64,000 bases of DNA from an uncultured Chloroflexia bacterium. GTDB lineage: Bacteria; Chloroflexota; Anaerolineae; JAAYZQ01. Positions 50,354 through 59,989 of this stretch are shown piece after piece. The position numbers and the translations under genes were made by a program. The notes beneath the pieces were generated by a model that had not been told where the DNA came from, made no database searches, and saw only the letters and a list, made by a program, of their open reading frames with translations. The stretch is taken from positions 960,001 through 1,024,000 of the forward strand of contig CAVOXA010000001.1 of NCBI GenBank assembly GCA_963700285.1. Reading direction: 5' to 3'. The number at the start of each line of letters is the position of its first letter. Positions within the stretch are counted from its first letter, which is position 1.

Positions 50354-52312
50354 ATGGGACGAGGATCTAAAGATGGGGGGCGGGGGCCGAATCGGAGCAC
50401 TGACTCGCAGTCGCGCGGTTCGGCTCGCAAACCTGGGACAGGAACGACAGCAGCGCCGTCTCAGACGGGGGCGCCTGGGAATCCCAAGGGAGGTACTGCT
50501 CCGGCAACATTGCCCGGTCCGCAGGTGCCCAGAGTGATCGAGCTGCCAGAGAGCCTTACGGTTCGGGATCTGGCGCGTGCGTTGCGCATGAGTCCCATTG
50601 ATGTGATCAAGGAGTTGATGACCAACGGCATTGTGGCTGGCATCAACCAGGAGATCGACTATGACACGGCCGAGATCGTGGCCAGCGAGCTGGGATTTGA
50701 GACCAGACCACTCCGGCTTGCAGAGATAGAGCAGGAAAAAGAAGAACAGGAGGAATTCAAGACTCTTTGGCACAGTCTGTTGGAGTCCGAATCGCCCGAG
50801 GCCTTGAAGCCCCGTCCTCCAGTGGTGACGGTGCTTGGTCATGTGGACCATGGCAAGACGACGCTGTTGGATGCGATCCGCGAAACAGACGTCGTGGCCA
50901 GCGAGTCCGGTGGGATCACCCAGCACATCGGTGCATACCAGGTAGAGAAGGATGGTCGCAAGATCACCTTTATCGATACGCCTGGTCACGAGGCATTTAC
51001 GGCTATGCGTGCCCGAGGGGCCCAGGTGACAGACTTGGCTGTGTTGGTCGTCGCTGCTGACGATGGCGTGATGCCCCAGACCAAGGAAGCGATCGACCAT
51101 GCCCGAGCCGCCGATGTGCCTATCATGGTGGCCCTCAACAAGATGGACAAGCCCTCGGCCCAACCAGAGCGGGTCAAGCAGCAGCTATCGGAAGTGGATC
51201 TGACCGTTGAGGATTGGGGTGGGGACGTCATCTGCATTCCGGTGTCGGCCACACACGGGCAAGGTGTCGACGAGTTGCTTGAGAACATCCTCCTGGTGAC
51301 TGAAGTCGCCGATCTGCGCAGCAATCCTGATCGTCCTGCTGTGGGCACGGTGATTGAGTCTGAGATGGACCGGCAGCGGGGACCCGTCGCCACCTTGCTG
51401 GTACAGGCTGGCACGCTGAGGGTGGGTGACGCGCTCACCATCGGTGTGATATCAGGCCGGGTACGGGCGATGATGGACTACCGGGGCAAAGATGTGCGTG
51501 AGGCGTTGCCTTCCACGCCGGTGCAGGTCATGGGCTTGGCGGATGTCCCTAGGGCTGGTGACATCTTTGAAGTGGTGGCGAGCGGCCGCGAAGCGCGGGC
51601 AATCGCAGCAGAACGTGCCGAGGACAAGCGCTTGGCTGGGCCAAAGGCAGCCAGACCCAAGATCCTGAGCCTGGACGAGATCTTTGGCCAGTTCTTGGCG
51701 GGCCAGACCGTTGAGTTGAACCTGATCCTCAAGGCCGACGTACAGGGCTCGTTGGAGCCGATAGTCAACTCCCTTGAGAGGCTGGGCGGCGACGGACCGC
51801 AGGTCAATATCCTGCATTCGGGCATCGGTGATGTCTCCGAGTCGGACGTTATGCTGGCATCTGCTTCCCAGGCCATTGTGCTTGGCTTCCATGTTGGCGT
51901 GGATGAGGCTGCACGCCGCATGGCTGGGCAGGATGGGGTGGATATCCGGCAGTATACAATCATCTACAATCTGATTGATGACGTGGACAAGGCTCTGCGG
52001 GGCATGCTGGAGCCCGAGTACGCGAAGGTTGTCATGGGCCATGCCGATGTGCGAGCGGTGTTTAGCATTCGGCGCCGTGGAACCGTGGCTGGTTGCTACG
52101 TGACCGATGGGGTGGTGACGCGCAAAGCGTGGGCTCGTGTCCAGCGCAATGGAGAAGAGGTCTTTGATGGTCCGCTCGATTCCCTGAAACGATTTCAGGA
52201 AGATGTGTCCGAAGTGAGGACCGGTTTCGAGTGCGGTGTGGGAGTCGCTGGTTTTGAAGACTTCCGAGAGGGAGACGTGCTCGAGTTCTACCGGGAAGAG
52301 CGAGTCAGCTAG
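50354..52312 (+). CDS. infB: Translation initiation factor IF-2
   Basis: GHVDHGKTT, GITQHIGAY, DTPGH, NKMD, GFECG. Confidence 0.98.
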   Translation: MGRGSKDGGRGPNRSTDSQSRGSARKPGTGTTAAPSQTGAPGNPKGGTAPATLPGPQVPRVIELPESLTVRDLARALRMSPIDVIKELMTNGIVAGINQEIDYDTAEIVASELGFETRPLRLAEIEQEKEEQEEFKTLWHSLLESESPEALKPRPPVVTVLGHVDHGKTTLLDAIRETDVVASESGGITQHIGAYQVEKDGRKITFIDTPGHEAFTAMRARGAQVTDLAVLVVAADDGVMPQTKEAIDHARAADVPIMVALNKMDKPSAQPERVKQQLSEVDLTVEDWGGDVICIPVSATHGQGVDELLENILLVTEVADLRSNPDRPAVGTVIESEMDRQRGPVATLLVQAGTLRVGDALTIGVISGRVRAMMDYRGKDVREALPSTPVQVMGLADVPRAGDIFEVVASGREARAIAAERAEDKRLAGPKAARPKILSLDEIFGQFLAGQTVELNLILKADVQGSLEPIVNSLERLGGDGPQVNILHSGIGDVSESDVMLASASQAIVLGFHVGVDEAARRMAGQDGVDIRQYTIIYNLIDDVDKALRGMLEPEYAKVVMGHADVRAVFSIRRRGTVAGCYVTDGVVTRKAWARVQRNGEEVFDGPLDSLKRFQEDVSEVRTGFECGVGVAGFEDFREGDVLEFYREERVS

Positions 52313-52407
52313 TCCAGCCCTTCTGCTCGATGGCCAGCCGTTGCGTCTGGCCCAACCAGGCTGGTTTTCTGCCAGTTTGGGGCGATTTTCGACAGGATGT
52401 ATACCCA

Positions 52408-52818
52408 ATGTCCACTCGTCGCCAGCGCCGTGTTTCAGAACTGATCCACCGTGAGCTTGGCTTGCTGCTATTGCGCCAAGTGCGCGATCCACGCCTGAGC
52501 GGTGTGACGATCACCAGCGTAGAAGTCACTCCCGACCTTTTGCTGGCTCGCGTCCGCTTTTCTGTTCTGGGAGAGCCGGAGGAAGAAGAGGAAGCAATGG
52601 CCGCTTTCCAGCATGCTGGCGGGTTCCTACGTACCCAGTTGGCGGCCAGGGTTCAGTTGCGTTCTGCACCAGAGCTGGTTTTTAGTGTGGACAAGAGCAC
52701 GGCCTATGCGCGGCGCATCGACGAGCTTTTGGAGCAGGTCAGACAGAGCAATGGGCTCGAAGCAAGTGCTGTAGAGCCCATTGAGGGGGATGCCGATGCA
52801 GGGCGAGATCCTGACTAA
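52408..52818 (+). CDS. rbfA: Ribosome-binding factor A
   Basis: RQRRV.ELI, DPRL, GFLR..LA....LR..PELVF. Confidence 0.93.
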   Translation: MSTRRQRRVSELIHRELGLLLLRQVRDPRLSGVTITSVEVTPDLLLARVRFSVLGEPEEEEEAMAAFQHAGGFLRTQLAARVQLRSAPELVFSVDKSTAYARRIDELLEQVRQSNGLEASAVEPIEGDADAGRDPD

Positions 52819-53788
52819 CGGGAGTCCAAGCCAGGGTCAGTCGGAGTCCATTGACCGCTTGTTGCAGCAAGCCAGCTGTCCGCTGTTGGTGACGCATGTA
52901 GCTCCTGATGGCGATGCCATTGGCTCACTGCTCGGTCTTGGGTGGTTCTTGCGGGCTCAGGGCAAAGACATCATCATGGCCTGTCAGGATCCTGTGCCTG
53001 AGGTCTATACCTGGTTGCCCGGGAGCAGCCAGATCGTCCAGCAAGGCGACGGCTCCCACGATTTGGTGATCAGCCTTGACTGCAGCGACCGGCGCCGCAT
53101 GGGGGATGTAGGCACGGGAAATGACAGCCTTGTACCCTTGCTCAATATTGACCATCACATAACCAATACCCATTTTGGCTCGCTCAACTGGGTGGACCCT
53201 TCCAGCGTGGCCACGGCTCAGATGGTCCTGACTCTGACGGACGCTTTAGGCTGGGAACTGACTGAGCACGCCGGCGTTTGCCTACTGACTGGGATTGTGA
53301 CTGATACTCGGTGTTTTCGTACGTCGAATGTTGATGTGGCCGCGCTCAGCGCCGTATTGAGGCTGATGGAGTCAGGGGCTTCACTCAGCGAGGTTACCCA
53401 ACGGGTCTTGGAACAACGCCCTCTTGCTTCTGTACGCCTCTGGGGGCAGGCGATAGACCGGCTTCAGTTGCAAGATGGTATTCTTTGGACGGAAATCACT
53501 CAGTCCATGCGTCAGCAGTGGTCGCTGGGCGAGGATGGGGATTCGGGACTGACCAACTTTTTATCCGGAGTACGGGAGTCCGGGATTGTCGTCGTGTTTA
53601 CCGAACGGGATGATGGGACGGTTGATGTGGGAATGCGAGCCAATCCCGGCCAAGATGTGGCGCAAGTCGCCCTCAGACTGGGCGGCGGTGGGCATCCCCA
53701 GGCAGCTGGTTGCACAATCAAAGGGACCCTGCCAGTGGCAAGAGAACAGGTCTTTGCCGAGCTGCGACGCACTCTGCCCATAGACTAG
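52796..53788 (+). CDS. nrnA: DHH/DHHA1 nanoRNase/pAp phosphatase
   Basis: H..PDGDA, IDHH, TDT..F, GGGGH..AAG. Confidence 0.92.
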   Translation: MQGEILTNGSPSQGQSESIDRLLQQASCPLLVTHVAPDGDAIGSLLGLGWFLRAQGKDIIMACQDPVPEVYTWLPGSSQIVQQGDGSHDLVISLDCSDRRRMGDVGTGNDSLVPLLNIDHHITNTHFGSLNWVDPSSVATAQMVLTLTDALGWELTEHAGVCLLTGIVTDTRCFRTSNVDVAALSAVLRLMESGASLSEVTQRVLEQRPLASVRLWGQAIDRLQLQDGILWTEITQSMRQQWSLGEDGDSGLTNFLSGVRESGIVVVFTERDDGTVDVGMRANPGQDVAQVALRLGGGGHPQAAGCTIKGTLPVAREQVFAELRRTLPID

Positions 53789-53800
53789 GCGCAGGCCCTC

Positions 53801-54072
53801 AGCGTATCGCATCCTATGCCCAGGGTCTGGAGCCCCACCCTGGACGATACGCTTTCCAACCAAGTCACTTGGAGCTAGCCCATTGTCGACGCTCCTCAAC
53901 ATGATGGCGGGCTACCTGGGGGCTTCACGGCCCAGCTACCGAGGAATAGAATCCAGGAGCGGGCCAGTCGCTATCTGGATCCACAAGAGGGTCCCGTGTT
54001 CCGCTCCGACCTAGGGATCGGGGCGGTTTGTCGTTGGGGTTCTCTTGTGCCTATGCCTGGATGCGAACCAGG
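53801..54072 (+). ncRNA. Candidate structured RNA of unknown family
   Basis: About seven consecutive stem-loops; several G-U pairs work only on the + strand; no known RNA signature recognised. Confidence 0.35.
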
Positions 54073-54157
54073 TGATTGTCTTGAAGCCAGGCGGCGCCGT
54101 TCGTCGTCCGCATGTGGTGACCCCCGGCAGGTATGGTTACCGGGACCAGGAGGTCAG

Positions 54158-55132
54158 ATGTCTGCAAGAGATTGCGCCAACTGCCCCAAGGCGCAGGTTG
54201 AGCCCATAGCCCGTTGGACGGCGCCCCGGCGCAGAGAACCTCTTTCCGGTATTCTGAATGTAGACAAACCGGCGGGCATGACATCTCATGACGTGGTTGA
54301 TGTTGTGCGACGGATCTCTGGCCAGCGCAAGGTCGGTCATGCGGGTACTCTGGATCCCATGGCAACGGGAGTATTGCTTCTATGCCTGGGCCAGGCCACC
54401 CGTGTGGCAGAGTACCTCGTGGCAGGTCGCAAACGCTACCGTGCGACTATCGTCTTGGGAATGACAACAGATACCTATGACGTGGATGGCGAGATGGCCA
54501 GCAGTGGTGGGCGGACTGACTTTTCTCGAGAGGAAGTTGATGCCGGTTTGGCGGCTTTTTCCGGGCACATCGAGCAAGTACCGCCCATGTATTCGGCCCT
54601 GAAGCGAGACGGACAGCCCCTGTACAAGCTGGCCAGGCGGGGTAAGACGGTTGAACGCGAGCCGCGGCCTGTCGTGATCTATGAGACGACGCTTCTGGAT
54701 TGGGAGGAGCCATCCTTGATCGTGGAAGTCGTCTGCTCGTCTGGGACCTATATCCGGTCCCTGGCTCATGACCTGGGGCAGCGCCTTGGTGGAGGGGCCT
54801 ATTTGGCCTCGCTGGTTCGCCTCAGCAGCGGGAGTTTTGAGCTTGAGGATGCCGTAAGCCTTGCGCGCTTGGAGGAGGCTTTTCAACATGGCCAGGAGAG
54901 CGCATACCTGATACCCAGCGATGAAGCGCTTCTCGATTGGCCCGCTATGGTAGTGGGTGTGGACGAGGTTCGTCGTATCGTGCATGGGCAACCGCTGCCA
55001 GGGGAACAGCCTGCCGCGGCAGAGATGCGACTTTGTCGCGCCTACTCTGTTCACGGCGATTTCCTGGCCATCATGGCCTATGAACCGGAGCGGGGCTGGT
55101 GGCAGCCCAAGAAGGTTTTTGCCTCGGGCTAG
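54158..55132 (+). CDS. truB: tRNA pseudouridine(55) synthase
   Basis: DKPAGMTSHD, GHAGTLDP, PPMYSA, SGTYIRSL; AGGAGG RBS. Confidence 0.97.
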   Translation: MSARDCANCPKAQVEPIARWTAPRRREPLSGILNVDKPAGMTSHDVVDVVRRISGQRKVGHAGTLDPMATGVLLLCLGQATRVAEYLVAGRKRYRATIVLGMTTDTYDVDGEMASSGGRTDFSREEVDAGLAAFSGHIEQVPPMYSALKRDGQPLYKLARRGKTVEREPRPVVIYETTLLDWEEPSLIVEVVCSSGTYIRSLAHDLGQRLGGGAYLASLVRLSSGSFELEDAVSLARLEEAFQHGQESAYLIPSDEALLDWPAMVVGVDEVRRIVHGQPLPGEQPAAAEMRLCRAYSVHGDFLAIMAYEPERGWWQPKKVFASG

Positions 55133-55209
55133 TTCCGGTCTCAAGCCTCTGTGGCCCGTGTGGAAGCGATGGGCTGAACCGAAAACATGGAGCGTAACTC
55201 AACAATCCT

Positions 55210-56646
55210 ATGGACGTGATAGATGATCTGGCCGTACTCGAGCTGCGGCAGGACACTGTCCTGACCATCGGCGTCTTTGATGGGGTGCATCTCGGACACC
55301 AGGCGCTGATTGGTGATATCGTAGGCCGGGCGCGGGCCACCGACCGGCTTGCAGCTCTGGTTACTTTTCACCCACATCCGGCGGCTGTGCTGGCGCCCGA
55401 TCGCGCGCCTCAGTACCTGACAACGCCCGGAGAAAAGGTCGCATTACTGGAAGGTCTGGGTCTGGATCTGATGGTGCTACTGCCCTTTGACCGCTGTGTG
55501 GCTGCCATGCCTGCCTTCGACTTTATGGAAGCGCTTTCCCGGCACCTACGGGTTCGGGAGTTGTGGGTAGGGGCCGGTTTTGCGCTGGGGCGTAACCGTG
55601 AAGGCGATACCATGCGGTTGCGGCAATTGGGCCAGGAGCTAGGATACAATATCCATGTGGTCGAACCCCTGCTCGATGGGGGCGAGACGATTTCGAGCAG
55701 CCGCATCCGTGCTCTTTTGCGCGGAGGCAGTGTGGAGGAAGCTGCACGCTTGTTGGGTCGCTACCCCAGCCTGTCGGGTGAGGTGGTGAGCGGCGCGCAG
55801 CGAGGTCGCGGACTAGGTTTTCCTACGGCCAACCTGCAGATCCGTCCTGAACGGGCGGTACCAGCGGATGGCGTTTATGCTGTTTTTGCGCTCCTGGGCT
55901 CAGAAAGGTACCAGGCGGTGGTGAACGTGGGTATGCGGCCTAGTTTTGACAATGGACAGCGGACTGTGGAGACGCATCTCTTTGACTTTGATCATGACAT
56001 CTATGGCTGTGACCTGGTCATCGAGTTTGTCACCCGGCTTCGTCCCGAGCGAAAGTTTGCCGATATTGCTGACCTAGTAACCCAGATCCAGCTGGATAGT
56101 GCAGAGGCGCGCCGGATCCTGGACAGCGAGCGGCACTCTGGCCGTCTTGCGGTCTCGACGGGAACCTTGGCAAGCTCACGACTGGACCCGAGGAAGGGCT
56201 CAGATCACGCAGCAGATGGTGGCCGACATTCCCTGGCCTGTCGCTACCGGTTTGAGGAGCTGGAACACACCGCTGACCGGGCGATCCGAGTCTGGGGCCA
56301 GGGGCTTTCCGATCTGTTCGTCGGTGCGACGCGCGGGATGTACAGTTTGATGGCAGATCTGGAGACGCTGGTAGCGGCTTCCTGGCGCCAGGTCGAATTG
56401 GAGGGATTGGACCGAGAATCGCTTCTGGTGAGTTGGCTCAACGAGCTTCTCTTTCTCACCGAGAGGGAGGGGCTCTTGTTCGTCGAGGCCCAGATCGAGA
56501 TGCTGACGCAGACAAAGCTGGTAGGGCGGGCCGGTGGGATCCATGGCCCGGTTGCGAAGGCCAGCATCAAAGCAGCAACCTTTCATGATCTTGTGGTGTC
56601 AAGAGATGGTGAAGGTTGGTCAACAGTCATTACCTTTGACGTGTGA
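55210..56646 (+). CDS. ribF: Bifunctional riboflavin kinase/FAD synthetase fused to a C-terminal archease domain
   Basis: FDGVHLGH, ISSSRIR, GFPTAN, ETH, RPERKF; then from 56245 YRFEELEHTAD...WLNELL...IKAATFH...FDV*. Confidence 0.92.
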   Translation: MDVIDDLAVLELRQDTVLTIGVFDGVHLGHQALIGDIVGRARATDRLAALVTFHPHPAAVLAPDRAPQYLTTPGEKVALLEGLGLDLMVLLPFDRCVAAMPAFDFMEALSRHLRVRELWVGAGFALGRNREGDTMRLRQLGQELGYNIHVVEPLLDGGETISSSRIRALLRGGSVEEAARLLGRYPSLSGEVVSGAQRGRGLGFPTANLQIRPERAVPADGVYAVFALLGSERYQAVVNVGMRPSFDNGQRTVETHLFDFDHDIYGCDLVIEFVTRLRPERKFADIADLVTQIQLDSAEARRILDSERHSGRLAVSTGTLASSRLDPRKGSDHAADGGRHSLACRYRFEELEHTADRAIRVWGQGLSDLFVGATRGMYSLMADLETLVAASWRQVELEGLDRESLLVSWLNELLFLTEREGLLFVEAQIEMLTQTKLVGRAGGIHGPVAKASIKAATFHDLVVSRDGEGWSTVITFDV

Positions 56647-56730
56647 GCTTCAAGGCCCGAGAGCAGGGGGTTAATGCCGCTCTTTTGCCAGCGACAGGCG
56701 CTGGGCTCCGAGCCTGGAAAGGATTGGACG

Positions 56731-58185
56731 ATGGTCGGGAAATCAGACCTGGTGCGGATCAGTGAGTATGTCTGGGAGATTCCGACGAGTTACCGCTCAG
56801 ACATGAGGGTGCCGGCCCGTATCTATGCCAGCGAAAAGCTGCTGGAGCTTGCCTTCCGCGACCACTCCATGGAGCAGTTGGTTAACACGGCGGCCATGCC
56901 CGGCGTGGTCAAGCGGGTGCTGGTCATGCCCGATGCCCACCAGGGTTACGGTCCGCCCATCGGCGGTGTGGTAGCGACCCGCTATCCGGACGGCGTCATT
57001 TCGCCGGGGGCGGTGGGCTATGACATCAACTGCGGCGTCCGGCTCATGGCCTCGGATCTGCTCGCCGAAAAAGTGCGGGATGAGATGGGCGAGCTGATCT
57101 CGGCCCTGTTTCGTAACATTCCCAGCGGTGTGGGCAAAGGCGGTGGCGCGCGCCAGGTAGCAGGTCGGGAGATGGATCAGGTGCTGATCAAGGGTGCGGC
57201 CTGGGCGGTGAAGGCCGGCTATGGCCGGCCCGGAGACCTGGAGCGCCTGGAAGAGGGCGGCGCCATGGCCGGGGCTGATCCCTCGGTCGTGAGTCCGCGC
57301 GCCAAGCAGCGGGGAGGTCCGCAATTGGGTACCCTGGGCTCTGGCAATCACTTTATCGAGATCCAGGAGGTGGTTGAGATCTTTGATGACAGCGCAGCCC
57401 GTGCTTTTGGCCTGTTCGAGGGCCAGCTTGCTGTGGCCATCCATTCTGGCTCGCGTGGGTTGGGGCACCAGGTCTGCAGCGACTATGTCAAGGCCCTGCA
57501 GGGCGCAGTGCAAAAGTACAACATCCAGTTGCCGGACCGCCAGTTGGTGTGTGCACCCCTCGACTCGCCCGAGGGTCAGAGCTACTTCGGGGCGATGGCC
57601 GGGGCGGCCAACTATGCCTGGGCCAACCGGCAGTGCATGGCCCATCTGGCTCGTCAGAGCTTCGAAGAGGTACTGGCCGGCAAGGTCAGAGACTTTGACC
57701 TGCACACGGTGTATGACGTGGCCCACAACATTGCCAAGATCGAGGAACATGTGGTGGACGGCAATGTGATGAAGCTTTGCGTCCACCGCAAAGGGGCCAC
57801 CCGGGCCTTTGGTCCGGGCCACCCGGCAGTGGCCCGTGTCTACCGCGATGTCGGCCAGCCGGTCCTGGTGCCTGGCGACATGGGCACCGCTTCCTATGTG
57901 CTGGTGGGCACCGCCGACGCCATGGAGGAGAGCTTTGGTACCAGTTGTCATGGGGCTGGACGGGTGATGAGTCGCACAGCTGCCAAGAACAAGATCCATG
58001 GCGGGACGCTGCGCCAGGAGCTGGAGGCGCGGGGCATCCACGTTCGGGCGGGCAGCATGGCTGGTCTGGCCGAAGAGGCGCCCGATGCCTACAAGGACAT
58101 CGACGCGGTCATCGAAGTGGTGCACGGCGCCGGGCTGGCACGCAAAGTGGCCAAGCTGCGCCCTCTGGCAGTGATGAAGGGTTAG
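56731..58185 (+). CDS. rtcB: RNA-splicing/repair ligase RtcB
   Basis: MPDAH, DINCG, GNHF, HSGSRG, HN, HRKGAT, HGAGR, EEAP.AYK, C-terminal KG. Confidence 0.97.
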   Translation: MVGKSDLVRISEYVWEIPTSYRSDMRVPARIYASEKLLELAFRDHSMEQLVNTAAMPGVVKRVLVMPDAHQGYGPPIGGVVATRYPDGVISPGAVGYDINCGVRLMASDLLAEKVRDEMGELISALFRNIPSGVGKGGGARQVAGREMDQVLIKGAAWAVKAGYGRPGDLERLEEGGAMAGADPSVVSPRAKQRGGPQLGTLGSGNHFIEIQEVVEIFDDSAARAFGLFEGQLAVAIHSGSRGLGHQVCSDYVKALQGAVQKYNIQLPDRQLVCAPLDSPEGQSYFGAMAGAANYAWANRQCMAHLARQSFEEVLAGKVRDFDLHTVYDVAHNIAKIEEHVVDGNVMKLCVHRKGATRAFGPGHPAVARVYRDVGQPVLVPGDMGTASYVLVGTADAMEESFGTSCHGAGRVMSRTAAKNKIHGGTLRQELEARGIHVRAGSMAGLAEEAPDAYKDIDAVIEVVHGAGLARKVAKLRPLAVMKG

Positions 58186-58277
58186 AGCCTAGCGCACCAG
58201 GGCACTGGCGCTGACGGATTCGGGAGACTGGAAGGAGTGCCTCTGCAGGGGAGGCTTTCACTCGTTGGAGTCTGGGC

Positions 58278-58997
58278 ATGGAGATTGATGGCCAGTTGGT
58301 TGAAGGGCGTTTCTTGTCCCGTGACAACCGGTTTCGGGTGACGGTAGAGGTGGATGGACAGGGTGTGTGGGCCCACCTGGCCAACTCGGGACGGTTGGGG
58401 GAACTGTTGGTGCCCGGTCGCCGGGTTGTCTTGGTCGAGCGTGCCGGCGCCCAGCGCAAGACCGGCTATGACTTGAGCGCTGTTTGGATGGATGATGCCT
58501 GGGTCTCGGTCGATGCCCGGCTGCCCAACGACCTGGTCGCCGATGCCCTGGATGCGGGCAAGCTTGGCCCTCTGGCTGGCTACCCGACAGTACGGCGCGA
58601 GGTGACCTTTGGCCGCAGCCGGCTGGATTTCCTGCTGGGGGCCGAGGATAGGCAGCCCTGCTTGGTCGAGGTCAAGTCGGTCACGTTGGTCGTGGATGGC
58701 TGGGCTTGTTTCCCGGATGCGGTGACCTTGCGGGGGCGGCGGCACCTGCAGGAGCTTGTTTCGGCCGTCGAGATGGGATATCGGGCGGTGGTGCTCTTTG
58801 TCGTCCAGCGCGACGATGCCCGGGGGCTGCGGCCCCACGACGAGTCGGACCCTGGTTTTGGCCAGACCTTGCGGTCCGTGGCCCAGCGCGGCGTGGAGGT
58901 CTATGCTTATGCCTGCCGTATTGAACCGGGACGGGCGATGATTGCCCGGCCCCTACCGGTCAATCTGGAATCTCTATCTGCAGTGCGGGAGAACTGA
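58278..58997 (+). CDS. sfsA: SfsA family DNA/RNA nuclease-like protein
   Basis: R.NRF, H.ANSGRL.EL, SRLDF, VEVKSVTL, FPDAVT.RG.RHL. Confidence 0.93.
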   Translation: MEIDGQLVEGRFLSRDNRFRVTVEVDGQGVWAHLANSGRLGELLVPGRRVVLVERAGAQRKTGYDLSAVWMDDAWVSVDARLPNDLVADALDAGKLGPLAGYPTVRREVTFGRSRLDFLLGAEDRQPCLVEVKSVTLVVDGWACFPDAVTLRGRRHLQELVSAVEMGYRAVVLFVVQRDDARGLRPHDESDPGFGQTLRSVAQRGVEVYAYACRIEPGRAMIARPLPVNLESLSAVREN

Positions 58998-59000
58998 CGG

Positions 59001-59885
59001 ATGCTCCATCGACTCATGGCCTTGCGGTTCGTACTCCTTTTTTGCATATTGCTGGTTGTTCTCTCCGCCTGCGGTGCTGGAGAGCCTACACTGACGCCTG
59101 AGGTCCGGGTTGTTGACTCTGAGCTGACCATTACGTCCACCCCCCGCCCTTCGCCGGCTTTCACTCCCACCCAATCCCTGACGCCTACTGCGACTCCGCC
59201 GCCCAGCGACACCCCGACGGCGGTGCCTACGGCGACCGCCACGCCTACGGCGACCGCCACGCCTACGGCGACCGCCACCTACACGCTGGAACCCACCGCT
59301 ACCCCGACGGTGGTACCTCCGACCGTCACCCCTGTGCCCTCGACGGCAACGGCCACGATCCCACCCGCCAGCCCGACGGCCACTGCGCTGGCGCCGACGG
59401 CGGAACCCCCGAAACCTGCCCCCACCTCCAGCGTGGAAGATGGCTACCGCTTTGACATCACGCTGCAGCGGATGCTACACATTGACGAGAACGGTGGCGA
59501 TGTGGGCAACCACAACATTTATGTGCATGTCTTTGATGCCCAAGGCAATCCACTGAACGGGGTGGTCGTTTGTCGTGTCTACGCCCTGCAGCTCCAGCCC
59601 CCGGATCCTCATGCCTGTCGCATCACGGGAGAAACCGGGCCGGGGCGCTTGCACTTTGACGTCTATGCAGGCGACATTGTTTTCGTGGCGACCAAAGACC
59701 CGGAGCACCGCCCTCTGAGTCCCCATACTCGCGGTCTAGAGCAGGAGCCGGCTGCGATGACCGACCTCCAGGAGCTGGTGGACAATGGCTACTGTGCGGA
59801 CGTTGAGGACTGCAAACGGCGTATTCCCATCAACAACCTCGTACGTTTTCACTACTCATATGAGGTCCATTTCAACCAGCGCTAG
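59001..59885 (+). CDS. Lipoprotein with Pro/Thr-rich stalk and uncharacterised C-terminal domain
   Basis: LSAC lipobox, long PT-rich linker, globular C-terminus with four Cys. Confidence 0.8.
   Translation: MLHRLMALRFVLLFCILLVVLSACGAGEPTLTPEVRVVDSELTITSTPRPSPAFTPTQSLTPTATPPPSDTPTAVPTATATPTATATPTATATYTLEPTATPTVVPPTVTPVPSTATATIPPASPTATALAPTAEPPKPAPTSSVEDGYRFDITLQRMLHIDENGGDVGNHNIYVHVFDAQGNPLNGVVVCRVYALQLQPPDPHACRITGETGPGRLHFDVYAGDIVFVATKDPEHRPLSPHTRGLEQEPAAMTDLQELVDNGYCADVEDCKRRIPINNLVRFHYSYEVHFNQR
59225..59278 (+). repeat. Perfect 18-bp tandem repeat x3 (encodes PTATAT)
   Basis: GCCTACGGCGACCGCCAC x3. Confidence 0.95.
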
Positions 59886-59989
59886 TGCGAGAGGGCTGGA
59901 AATCGCATACCGTTCGCAGTGCAGATGCCAGCCCCTGTCCCTCTGCAAAATACCAGCCGCCTGCCCAAAATACCTCAACGAGTCCGCCT

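Noticed and set aside
55133-55209. FMN riboswitch upstream of ribF
   Set aside because: The gap is too short, and no RFN consensus (AGGGCAGGGTGAAATTCCC…) is present here or at 53.8-54.1 kb.
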